Notes under the pieces: model-generated
Told to the model about the DNA's origin: nothing
Seen by the model: only the letters and a program-made list of their open reading frames with translations
The model's database searches: none
Shown here: piece after piece, positions 6,973 to 15,150 of the stretch
Position numbering within the stretch: position 1 is the stretch's first letter
How the letters are laid out: every line of letters starts with the position of its first letter
Position numbers and translations under genes: made by a program
Assembly: GCA_035695905.1 (NCBI GenBank)
Contig: DASRRF010000673.1
Coordinates: 1-24,957, forward strand
Origin: Micromonosporaceae bacterium
GTDB taxonomy: Bacteria > Actinomycetota > Actinomycetes > Mycobacteriales > Micromonosporaceae
Direction: 5' to 3'
Length of the DNA stretch: 24,957 nt

Positions 6973-8262
6973 CTATTCACTCTTCTTCACCCGGATCGTC
7001 TTCACCGAACGCACGTCGGCGATCTCGGCGTCCACCCCGGCGACCTTCTTCTTCAACCGGACCGTGCCGGCCGGCGCGTCGACCACGTCGACGACCTTGG
7101 CCAGCAGCTTCGCGGTGTCCTCGTGGCCGGACTCGTTCGCCAGCTGGACCGCGCGGCCGAGCTTGGCGGTGGCCACCTCGACATCGCCCGCGTCGCGGGC
7201 GGCCAGTCCTTCCTGGATCGCGGCGGCCAGCTCGGCCTGCCCGGTGTAGTGGGCCACCTGAGGATTGAGCTTTGTGGACAGTGCGGTGTCGTCGGTCCAC
7301 TTCGCGAGCACGAGCTGCTCGGCGAGCGGCTGGCCACCGCCGACCACGCTCACCCGGCCGACCAGGCGCTCCTCACCGACGGTGCCCGGCTCGACCTCGA
7401 TGGATACGTGGTAGTCCCGGCTCTCCGCGCCCCAGGCTCCGGTCGGGTACTCGCCGATCCGCGCGCTCACCTCGGCCCGCCGCGGGGTGAGGTCCTCGAC
7501 CTGCGGGAAGACCTGCTTGACGAAGCGTACGGTGGCACCGGCCGGAGTCCACAGGCGCAGCGTGACATGCGCGACCGCCTTGCCCATCGCGGCCTCGGTC
7601 ATCGCCTGGAACGCGGCGGGCAGCTGCGCCGGATCCTCCAGGCCGTCCGCCGTACCGAGCAGGGTGGAGGCCACCGCGCGAAGCTCGCGGGCCACCCAGT
7701 CGGTACCCACGCCGCGGCTGTCGCAGACGAACTTTCCCTGGCAGATCTCCAGTACCCGTTGAAGTTCTTCCGGGGTTTCATGCTGGTTCTGCCCGTCGGT
7801 GAGCAGGATCGCGTGCTTCACCTCGGCGTCCTGGCCGGCGAACAGCCGGTTGGCCAGGTCCAGCCAGCGGCCGATCGCGGTGCCACCGTCCGCGCGCAGC
7901 CGGGCCACCACGGCCTTGGCCTCGGCCCGGGTCTGCGCCGAGGCGGGCACCATCCGGCGCTCGCGCGGGTAGACCATGTGCGCCTGGGCGTTGCCGCCCA
8001 CCACCGCGAACGCCACCCCGTCGCGCAGTGTGTCGATCGCGGTCGCGGTGGCCTTCTTCGCCTCGGCCATCTTCGATGCCGGACTGCCCATCGAGCCGGA
8101 GCAGTCGACCATCACGACCTGGGCGGCGGTCGGTGGCCCGGCGCCGTCGCGCAGGCCGGCTCCGCTGGTCGTGACGGTGACCACCGCGTCGACCACCCGC
8201 CCGCCGTCGGGCAGGTACTCGTTCTGGTAGACGTCCGCCTGGAAGTCGGGTTGCCCGGTCAT
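6973..8262 (-). CDS. von Willebrand factor A (vWA) domain protein
   Basis: MIDAS motif DCSGSM, GGTAIG, LLTDG. ATG 8262 overlaps the PP2C stop (ATGA). Confidence 0.88.
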   Translation of the reverse strand: MTGQPDFQADVYQNEYLPDGGRVVDAVVTVTTSGAGLRDGAGPPTAAQVVMVDCSGSMGSPASKMAEAKKATATAIDTLRDGVAFAVVGGNAQAHMVYPRERRMVPASAQTRAEAKAVVARLRADGGTAIGRWLDLANRLFAGQDAEVKHAILLTDGQNQHETPEELQRVLEICQGKFVCDSRGVGTDWVARELRAVASTLLGTADGLEDPAQLPAAFQAMTEAAMGKAVAHVTLRLWTPAGATVRFVKQVFPQVEDLTPRRAEVSARIGEYPTGAWGAESRDYHVSIEVEPGTVGEERLVGRVSVVGGGQPLAEQLVLAKWTDDTALSTKLNPQVAHYTGQAELAAAIQEGLAARDAGDVEVATAKLGRAVQLANESGHEDTAKLLAKVVDVVDAPAGTVRLKKKVAGVDAEIADVRSVKTIRVKKSE

Positions 8263-9242
8263 TGCGCTGACCCTTCTGGTGGTTCGTACGGCGGGAACGG
8301 CAGTACGGCGATGGCGATGTTGTCCACCCCGCCCGAATCCAGCGCGAACTGGGTCAGCGCGGCGGCGGTCGCGGTCGGCGGTTCGCCGATCGCGGCGGTG
8401 GCCTCGGCGAGCTTGTCCGGTTCGGGCAGGTAGCGGTGCAGGCCGTCGCTGCAGACCAGGACCGTGCCCGGTCCGGTGGGGGCGAACACCACAACGGTGG
8501 GCTCGGTGTCTCCGGCGTCGGCGCCCAGCCACCGGATCAGGGCCAGCGATCGCGGGTCCGCGTCGGCGGCCGGTGCGGTCGGCTGCCCGGCCTCGCCACC
8601 GCGGGCGGCCAACTGGGCGGCCAGCGAGTCGTCGGTGGTCAGGCAGCTGGACTCGGCTCCGTCCAGCCAGTACGCCCGGCTGTCGCCCACCCAGCCGACG
8701 GTGACCTCGGTGCCGGTGACGATCGCCGACACGTACGTACAGCTGGGCGGGTTGTCCGCGGGCGTGCCCAGCGCAACGACGGCCTTGGCCGCCGCCCTGG
8801 TGCCCGCCTCGGTGGCGGTCCTCGGCGAGCCGCCCCGGCCGAGCACCTCGAGCAGTGCGGGCATGCAGGCGTCGATCGCGGCGGTGGCGGCGGTGTCCGG
8901 CCGGGTCGAGCTGGACACGCCGTCGCAGACCACCGCGATGCTCGCCGCACCGAGGGTGGCGATGGCCATCGCGTCTTCGTTGCGGGCCTTGTGGTGGCCG
9001 CGGTCGGTGGCCCCGCCGAGCCCGCCCAGATCCAGTTCGGCGTGGTCCTGCCCGGCCCCGCGGCGCTGGCCGCAGTTCTCGCAGTACCCCTGCGCGCCCA
9101 CGTCGGACGACCCGCAATGCGGACACGGGCCGGGTAACGCCTTGGAGGACAGCCATTGCAGCGCCGGGATGAGCCGGTGCCCGCAGGACTCGCAGAACCG
9201 GTCGCCATCCACTATGGACACTCCACAGGCGGGGCAGCTCAT
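8259..9242 (-). CDS. PP2C/PPM-family Ser/Thr phosphatase with two N-terminal Zn-ribbons
   Basis: TDRG..NEDA, VVCDGVSSS, VGDSRAY, CSDGL, GGVDNI. N-terminal CPACG..FCESCG and CPHCG..YCENCG. ATG 9242 overlaps the kinase stop (ATGA). Confidence 0.92.
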   Translation of the reverse strand: MSCPACGVSIVDGDRFCESCGHRLIPALQWLSSKALPGPCPHCGSSDVGAQGYCENCGQRRGAGQDHAELDLGGLGGATDRGHHKARNEDAMAIATLGAASIAVVCDGVSSSTRPDTAATAAIDACMPALLEVLGRGGSPRTATEAGTRAAAKAVVALGTPADNPPSCTYVSAIVTGTEVTVGWVGDSRAYWLDGAESSCLTTDDSLAAQLAARGGEAGQPTAPAADADPRSLALIRWLGADAGDTEPTVVVFAPTGPGTVLVCSDGLHRYLPEPDKLAEATAAIGEPPTATAAALTQFALDSGGVDNIAIAVLPFPPYEPPEGSAQ

Positions 9243-11476
9243 ACCAGCGTCCTCGGTCGAACCGCGTTGGCCCGGTCGACCAGCGCTATCCGGTCGTCCG
9301 GGTCGTGCGCCACCTTGGCCAGGATCCGGTACGCCTGCTCCAGGCCGAGGCGCAGCGAGCGTTCGGTCAGCTCGTGCCCGAGCACCCGGCCACCGGCCGG
9401 ACGGCCGGAGCCGGTCCACTCCAGCGCCGCCTCCAGCGTCTCGACGGTGAGCTGCGCCTGCCGGCCGACGTCCAGCCCGAGGCGGACCAGCCGGCCGGAC
9501 GCGTCGACCAGGTCGGCCTCGGCCAGCGCCTGGCGATCCCCGGCCAGCCGGGCGCGCAGCGCGGCGACCTGTGCCGCGGCACGGTAACTCGAGTTGTCCG
9601 GCACCTCGTCGAGTACGGCCACGGCACCGGCCCGATCGTGCGTACCCAGGCGGAGCCGGGCCAGCCCGAACGCGGCGCTGACATACCCGCGGTCGGACCG
9701 CCAGACGCGCTCGTAGAGGCGGGCGGCAGTGTCGGCATCGCCGCTCCACTCGGCGGCCACCGCCAGGGCCAGCCGGGGCGCCGGCTCACCGGGCAGCGCG
9801 TCGTAGACCGCGTCGAACGACTCCCTCGCCGCGGCGGGCTGCCTGCCGGCCAGCGCGGCCAGCCCGCGATACCAGTCGATCCGCCAGTCGGTGGGCTCGG
9901 TGCCGGCCAGCGCATCCAGCTCGGCCGCGGCCTTGGCCAGGTCGCCGCGCTCGATGTTCGCCAGGATCAGCCGCAGGGACACCTCGACGGTACGCACCGG
10001 TGCGGTGTGCAGCGCGCGTACCAGCTCGTCGGGGTCGGTACTGCTCAGCGTCGCCAGGAAGCCGGCGCCCTCGTCCGCGGTGTCCACCTGCGGGACCGGC
10101 AGCGCGGCGGCGATCGCCGGACCGTCGAACTCCGCCGGCTGCGCCCCGTCGCCGACCGCGCCGGCCTGGGTACCGAAGGCCCGCCGCTCCGGGGTGAACC
10201 GGGTGGATGCCGCGGGCCTGGCCACCCCGTCGGCCGCGGAGAGCACCTCGCGCAGTACGCCGAGGAGTTGCTCGCGCAGTTCGCCGGCGGACTGGAACCG
10301 CTGGGCCGGATCGGGGTGGGTGGCCCGGCGCAGCAGCCGGTAGTACGACTCCTCCTGGGCCAGCAGCGGGATGTCGGCCCGGTCCGGCAGCCGTTCGGCG
10401 TACCTGCTGGAGAAGCCGGAGAAGTTGAAGCTGAGTACGGCCAGCGCCCGCCCGACCGTGTAGATGTCAGCCGGGACCGACGGGCCGACCCGGGCAACCT
10501 CGGGCGCCTGGTACCCGGGGGTGCCGTAGACCGCGCTCTGCTCGTCGTCGGCCCGGCGGACCGCGCCGAGGTCGATGAGCTTGAGCTGTTCCTCGGCGTG
10601 GATGACGTTGTCCGGCTTGAAGTCACAGAACAGCAGATCCCGGTCGTGCAGGTAGCCCAGCGCCGGCAGGATCTCCACCCCGTACGCGAGGACCTGGGCG
10701 AGCGGCAGCGCCGAGCCGGACCCGGCCTGTGCCCGGTACGCGAGCAGCATGTCGCGCAGCGAACGGCCGCCGACGTACTCCATCACGATGTAGCCGACCA
10801 TGGTGCCGCTGGCCTTGTCCGGGTGCTGTACGAAGTCGTGGATCTTCACGATGTTCGGGTGGTCCACCTCGACCAGGAACCGGCGCTCGGTCACCGCCGC
10901 CGCCATCGCGTCGGCATCGCCGGTGTTGATCAGTCCTTTGAGGACAACCCAGCGGTCGAGCACCGAGTCGCTGACATTGCGATCCCGGGCCAGGTAGATC
11001 CAGCCAAGGCCGCCGAAGGCCAGGCAGCCGAGAATCTCGTACCGGTTGTTCACCAGATCGCCGGCGCCGAGCCGGGGATGGAACGAGAACCGCGCGCCGC
11101 AGTTGGCACAGAAGCCTTCGACGAGCCCGGGCTTGCCGTCCCGGCTGCGGCCGACCGGCTTGTCACACTGGCCGCAGTACCGCCGCGACTCGGATACCTG
11201 CGGATCGGCCATCACCGCGGTGGCCGGATCCCGCAACGGGACCCGGGGCATGTCGATGAGACCGGCGCCCAGCCCGCCCCGGGTCGAACCGCGCCGGCCG
11301 GTAGAGCCGGACGCCGACCGCGTCTGTCCGGTGTGGACGGTGTGGGCAGCCGTCGCACCAGCGGTCGCGGTCGCGGTCGCCGGCGTGGTACCCGGTGGCG
11401 CCTTGCGCCCGCACTCGTCGCAGTACCCCTCCGGCCCGTACGTACCGGTGCAGCCCGCCCGTACACACGCGGTCAT
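9239..11476 (-). CDS. pknG: PknG-like Ser/Thr protein kinase (Zn-ribbon, rubredoxin-like CxxC pair, kinase, TPR-like C-terminus)
   Basis: GCLAFGGLGWIYLA, VVLKGL, TERRFL, non-RD FCDFKPDN, LKLIDLGAV, YGTPGYQAPE. YCGQC...FCANC precedes the kinase domain. Lies downstream of glnX-glnH. ATG 11476 has a GGGAG RBS and ATGA overlap. Confidence 0.9.
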   Translation of the reverse strand: MTACVRAGCTGTYGPEGYCDECGRKAPPGTTPATATATAGATAAHTVHTGQTRSASGSTGRRGSTRGGLGAGLIDMPRVPLRDPATAVMADPQVSESRRYCGQCDKPVGRSRDGKPGLVEGFCANCGARFSFHPRLGAGDLVNNRYEILGCLAFGGLGWIYLARDRNVSDSVLDRWVVLKGLINTGDADAMAAAVTERRFLVEVDHPNIVKIHDFVQHPDKASGTMVGYIVMEYVGGRSLRDMLLAYRAQAGSGSALPLAQVLAYGVEILPALGYLHDRDLLFCDFKPDNVIHAEEQLKLIDLGAVRRADDEQSAVYGTPGYQAPEVARVGPSVPADIYTVGRALAVLSFNFSGFSSRYAERLPDRADIPLLAQEESYYRLLRRATHPDPAQRFQSAGELREQLLGVLREVLSAADGVARPAASTRFTPERRAFGTQAGAVGDGAQPAEFDGPAIAAALPVPQVDTADEGAGFLATLSSTDPDELVRALHTAPVRTVEVSLRLILANIERGDLAKAAAELDALAGTEPTDWRIDWYRGLAALAGRQPAAARESFDAVYDALPGEPAPRLALAVAAEWSGDADTAARLYERVWRSDRGYVSAAFGLARLRLGTHDRAGAVAVLDEVPDNSSYRAAAQVAALRARLAGDRQALAEADLVDASGRLVRLGLDVGRQAQLTVETLEAALEWTGSGRPAGGRVLGHELTERSLRLGLEQAYRILAKVAHDPDDRIALVDRANAVRPRTLV
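11361..11380. repeat. 6-nt tandem repeat (GCGGTC)x3 encoding Thr-Ala repeats in the kinase N-terminal linker
   Basis: Read directly: gcggtc gcggtc gcggtc gc. Confidence 0.8.
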
Positions 11477-12699
11477 GTCGGCTCCCTCAGGCCCGGTGTT
11501 GTCCCTGCCCGCTCCGCCAACCGCCGCTGGTAGCGCAGCACCGCGCGGGTCGCCGCCGGCAGGTCGCACGGGCTCGTGTACAGCAGCTCCTGCGCCTGCC
11601 GGTGCAGGTCGGACAGCTCAGTGTCCTCGGTGAACCCGGACCGGGCCGCCTTCGCGCGGTAGGCGTCCAGCCGGCCGCGAAGCTCGGTGCGGCGGGCGAG
11701 CAGCCCGTCGGCCGCCGCCCGCAACGCGTCGGCACGCTGCTGCCCCGCGGCCACGTCGCGCTGCACGGCGGCCAGCTCGTCGGCGAGCTGCGCCCACCGG
11801 CCTGCCGCGGCGAGCGGCTCGAGGCCGGCCACCCGGCCGCGCAGCGCGCCGGCGATCGATGGTGCCGCGGGCAGGCCTGGTTCGGCAATCTTCGCCAGCG
11901 CCGTGGCGTAGGACCGGCCCGCGTCGTCCTCGGCCTTGGCGACCAGGCTCACCGCCGCGTCCAGTTCCGCAATCCCTTGCGGGTACGCGGTACGCACCCG
12001 CGCCAGCTCGGCCAGCCGATCCCGGGTGGTGGTCAGCTCGGTGCCGATCCGGTCCAGCGCACCAGTGTCCATTGTGGACAACGGGTCGGCGAGCGCGGCG
12101 TCGGTGGCCTCGGTCAGCCTCGCCCGGAGCCGGTCGAGATCCTTGCCGAGCGGGCCGGCCCCGGCACCCAGCGACTCGGCCGACGCCTGCGCGGCGGCCA
12201 GCGCCTCGGCCGTCGGGGCCAGCCGGTTGGCCAGCGCGGCGCAGGCGGCGTCGACCTGGTCCAGTGCCGCGACCACCTCGCCGTTGGCCGATTCCAGCCG
12301 GCGGGCGAGCTCGGCCACGGTGAGCGTCTCGGCCGGCGGGCCGGTGGCGGTCTCGTCCAGCGGTACGCCGCTGGCGGCCAGCCGGATCGAGCGCTCGCGG
12401 AGCAGCCCGGTCAACTCGGTCAGCTCGTCCGGTCCCGGCCGGGACCGCTCCACCCGGATGGTCTGCGCCCGCTCGAGCCGATCCTTCACCGTGTTGAACT
12501 GCGCCCACAAAGTATCCGTGCGGGCCTGTACGTCGCGGCCGACCTGGGCGGTGCGGCCGGTCACCGTACCGCGCCGGAGGAACGCCAGGCCGGCGTGGCT
12601 GTCCAGGGCGAACATCCCCGCGGCGATCCGGTCGTACCCGGCGACCAGCGCGACGAGCGCCAGGTCGACCTCGTCCCGGGTCATCGGCGGCCGGTTCAT
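11473..12699 (-). CDS. Hypothetical Ala/Leu/Arg-rich, predicted all-helical (coiled-coil-like) protein
   Basis: Fills the gap between glnH (stop 12705) and pknG, with a 5-nt gap and an ATGA overlap. Heptad-like L/A pattern, no signal peptide or TM, C-terminal LLYTSPCDL..A..AV..YQ. Confidence 0.8.
   Translation of the reverse strand: MNRPPMTRDEVDLALVALVAGYDRIAAGMFALDSHAGLAFLRRGTVTGRTAQVGRDVQARTDTLWAQFNTVKDRLERAQTIRVERSRPGPDELTELTGLLRERSIRLAASGVPLDETATGPPAETLTVAELARRLESANGEVVAALDQVDAACAALANRLAPTAEALAAAQASAESLGAGAGPLGKDLDRLRARLTEATDAALADPLSTMDTGALDRIGTELTTTRDRLAELARVRTAYPQGIAELDAAVSLVAKAEDDAGRSYATALAKIAEPGLPAAPSIAGALRGRVAGLEPLAAAGRWAQLADELAAVQRDVAAGQQRADALRAAADGLLARRTELRGRLDAYRAKAARSGFTEDTELSDLHRQAQELLYTSPCDLPAATRAVLRYQRRLAERAGTTPGLREPT
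12067..12079. repeat. Dispersed palindrome, 1-mismatch copy
   Basis: (T)GTCCATTGTGGAC(A) inside the helical hypothetical gene. Confidence 0.75.
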
Positions 12700-12704
12700 C
12701 GCGG

Positions 12705-13694
12705 CTAGTCCCGGTACCGGGCCGGCGGCGGGTTCGGCGTGGCACCGAGCCCGGACAGCCACTTGCGGTAGATCTGTTGCCAGCCCCCGTCGTCGCGTAG
12801 CTGCTGGAGTACCGCGTTGACGAAGCGGACCAGGTCGGTCGCGTCCTTCGCCATCGCCACCCCGTACGGCTCGCTGGTGATCTTGTCGCCGACCACCTTG
12901 GTGTTCAGATCCTGCGCGGCCAGGCCGGCCAGGATCGTGTCATCCGTGGAAATCGCGGTCACCTGCCCCTGCTGAAGCATGACCAGGCAGTCGGTCCAGT
13001 CGGTGACCGCGACCGGCAGCGGGTGGGACGGGGCCGCGGCGACGGTACGGATGGACGTACTGCCGTCGGTGGCGCAGACCTTCTTGCCGCCGAGATCGGC
13101 GATCCCGGCCACGCTGGAGTCCCGGGTGACCAGTACGCGCTGGCCGGCGGTGAAGTACTCGGTGGAGAACGCGACCTGCTCCAGCCGCTCGCACGTCATC
13201 GTCATGGTACGGACGACGATGTCCACGTCGCCGTTCTGGATCGCCGGGATCCGCTCCGCGGAGCTGATCGCCTTGAACTGGATCCGATCCGGGTCGCCGA
13301 ACAGCGCCCGGGCGACCTCGTGCGCGATGTCGATGTCGAAGCCGCTCAGCGTACCGGTCAACGGGTCGCGGAAGCCGAACAGGTAGGTGTTCTGGTCGAC
13401 CCCGACGATCAACCGTCCACGTTGGACAATCCGGCCCATGGTCGAGCCGGCCGGCATCTGCCCGGGCGCCGGCCGGGAACCCTGCGGGCGCAGGCTCGCC
13501 CGGGGATCGCAGGAGGCCGGCGGGGCCGCCGACGTACTCGGCACCGCATACGGGTCCTTCGCTCCGACCGGTCTCGGCACCACCGGCGACGCGTCGGCCC
13601 GCCGGGGGACCGGCTGCGCCGCCCCGCCACACGCCCCGAGCACGGTGATGGCGGCGATCAGCGTGGCGACGAGTGCGATCCGCTTGCGTGTCAT
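12705..13694 (-). CDS. glnH: GlnH-like amino-acid-binding lipoprotein (SBP family 3)
   Basis: Lipobox VLGA-C; GVDQNTYLFG, GFDIDIA, TMTMTCER, WTDCLVMLQQG..ISTDDTILAGL, EPYGV. ATGA overlap with glnX. Confidence 0.88.
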   Translation of the reverse strand: MTRKRIALVATLIAAITVLGACGGAAQPVPRRADASPVVPRPVGAKDPYAVPSTSAAPPASCDPRASLRPQGSRPAPGQMPAGSTMGRIVQRGRLIVGVDQNTYLFGFRDPLTGTLSGFDIDIAHEVARALFGDPDRIQFKAISSAERIPAIQNGDVDIVVRTMTMTCERLEQVAFSTEYFTAGQRVLVTRDSSVAGIADLGGKKVCATDGSTSIRTVAAAPSHPLPVAVTDWTDCLVMLQQGQVTAISTDDTILAGLAAQDLNTKVVGDKITSEPYGVAMAKDATDLVRFVNAVLQQLRDDGGWQQIYRKWLSGLGATPNPPPARYRD

Positions 13695-15067
13695 CGGTAC
13701 TCCGCGATCCGTTGCTGCATTCCGCCGGCCACGCCGATGGCGAGCAGGGCGGTGAGCAGGGCGATGGCTACCGCGACACCGGACAGCGCACCGGAGGCGG
13801 CGGACACCTGACGGTTGAACCGGTCGGTGTTGTGCGCGATCGCCGCGGCCAGGTCATCGTCGAGCTTGATAAACACGCTACCCGCACTGGTCGGGTCGGA
13901 GCCGATCGCCGCGGCCACCGCCTCGCTGTACCTGCCGTCGTTGTCCAGTGTGCGGATGTTCTTGTGTACGGCCTGCCAGGCCCGGGCGTTGGCGATCGCC
14001 GAGTCGAGCCGGTTCCGGGTGGCGTTGTCGGTGGCGTGGGTACGGGCCTGACCCAGCAGGCCGCCCGCGCCGTCCGCGCCGATCAGCTGCTCCAGCACCG
14101 TGACGTAGTCCTGCTCGAACCCGCCGCCGGTGCCCCGGGCGACCAGGGTCAGCGCCTCGTCGCTGCGCCCCTGCAGGGCAGCGATGCGGGCCTCGGCGAG
14201 CACGTTGACCTGCGCCGAGCCGTCCCGCCGGCTCTGCGTCAGGTGACTGCCGGCCCGGCTGGAGGCGACCCCGAGCCAGACCAGCGAGACCAGGGTGGCC
14301 GCGGCCGCGGCGAGCAGGCCAACGTTGAACACCCGGTTGGTCCGCCGGCTCAGGTAGCGCAGCGCGTACCCGAGCGCGGCCAGGGTCAGCACCAGCAGCG
14401 GTACGGCCAGCCACGGGTACCCGCCCGCGGCGCCGCGGGCCGCGTCCAACCGGGCCTGAACCGCGCGGAACAACGCCTTCGCCGCCGGCAGCAGGGTGCC
14501 GCGCATCATCCCGGAAGCCTCGCGTAGGTACGCCGCGCCGAGCGGTACCCGCTGCCGGCTGTAGGTCCGCGCGGTCTCCACGAGCCCGGTGTAGACCGGT
14601 AGGGCCGAGGTGATGTCGGCGATGGCCTTGGCACCGGGGCCGTCGCTGATCCCGCCGCCCGCGGCGACCGCGAGCGCGTCGGTCGCACCGGCGATATCCG
14701 CCTGGTACCGGTCACGCAGCGCGGCCGGCTCCAGGCCGCTGGACAGGAATGCGCTGGCCGCGGTGGCATCCGCGTCGGACAGCGAGCGGTAGAGGTTCTG
14801 CGCGGCGACCGCGAGCGCGCCGCTGTGCGCCGTCGCGCCGTCGATCTCGCCGGCCCGGTCGCGTACTCCGAGCACACCCGCCACTCCCGCACCGAGACCG
14901 AGCGCGAGCAACACCGCCATCAGCGCGGTCAGCCGGCCCGGCGTACGGCGCAACCGGACCGCCGCGCGATGCCGCAACGGAACCCGGCGTGGCCGCTCCG
15001 CAAGCGGCCCGGTGGCGGGCCCAACGGGTCGTGCGACCGGCGCTTGCGGGCGCGAAGTAACGGTCAC
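13691..15067 (-). CDS. glnX: GlnX-like four-TM membrane sensor with two extracellular helical domains
   Basis: TM1-ectodomain-TM2-RRTNRVFNVGL loop-TM3-ectodomain-TM4 topology; LYRSLSDADATAASAFL and EALTLVARG motifs; located immediately upstream of glnH. Start is uncertain (GTG 15067 preferred, TTG 15136 is the ORF maximum). Confidence 0.8.
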   Translation of the reverse strand: MTVTSRPQAPVARPVGPATGPLAERPRRVPLRHRAAVRLRRTPGRLTALMAVLLALGLGAGVAGVLGVRDRAGEIDGATAHSGALAVAAQNLYRSLSDADATAASAFLSSGLEPAALRDRYQADIAGATDALAVAAGGGISDGPGAKAIADITSALPVYTGLVETARTYSRQRVPLGAAYLREASGMMRGTLLPAAKALFRAVQARLDAARGAAGGYPWLAVPLLVLTLAALGYALRYLSRRTNRVFNVGLLAAAAATLVSLVWLGVASSRAGSHLTQSRRDGSAQVNVLAEARIAALQGRSDEALTLVARGTGGGFEQDYVTVLEQLIGADGAGGLLGQARTHATDNATRNRLDSAIANARAWQAVHKNIRTLDNDGRYSEAVAAAIGSDPTSAGSVFIKLDDDLAAAIAHNTDRFNRQVSAASGALSGVAVAIALLTALLAIGVAGGMQQRIAEYR

Positions 15068-15134
15068 CGGAACCCCATCTGCCGTTCGTTCATCGTGTCC
15101 ACCGGCCTCCCCGCCGTCGTGCACCGCAGACGCC

Positions 15135-15140
15135 AAGGTA
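15135..15140 (-). promoter_or_regulatory. Candidate -10 (TACCTT) for the glnX-pknG operon
   Basis: TAnnnT hexamer just downstream of the SARP stop, followed by GGAGG at 15106-15110. Confidence 0.3.
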
Positions 15141-15150
15141 GCCGATCACC

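Noticed and set aside
6973-9156. 727-aa ORF suggesting a long N-terminal extension or fusion of the vWA protein; similar extensions for the esterase (to 5003), PP2C (to 9749) and frdD (to 23942)
   Set aside because: The extensions overlap the upstream gene in another frame and are Arg/Gly/Pro-rich. Internal starts give clean ATGA/TGATG coupling.
6248-9242. FHA + PP2C + kinase + vWA as type VI/VII secretion accessory genes
   Set aside because: No structural secretion genes (Tss, Ecc, WXG100) are present, and all components are explained by the PknG context.
9305-11533. Long antisense or alternate-frame ORFs (e.g. 9305-11533 +, 6874-8433 +, 15880-17592 +, 17839-19296 +, 11395-12708 +, 19333-20364 -)
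   Set aside because: They shadow well-supported genes, show no recognisable motifs, and are expected because stop codons are scarce in high-GC DNA.
12067-12081. Perfect DnaA box (TGTGGACAA at 12073-12081) and near-boxes at 7273, 8320 and 15815, suggesting oriC or a datA-like locus
   Set aside because: The sites are scattered within ORFs, with no AT-rich intergenic cluster and no dnaA/dnaN. Treated as part of the palindrome finding.
12705-13694. glnH as part of an ABC importer
   Set aside because: No permease or ATPase genes are in the window; the context matches the sensory GlnX-GlnH-PknG arrangement.
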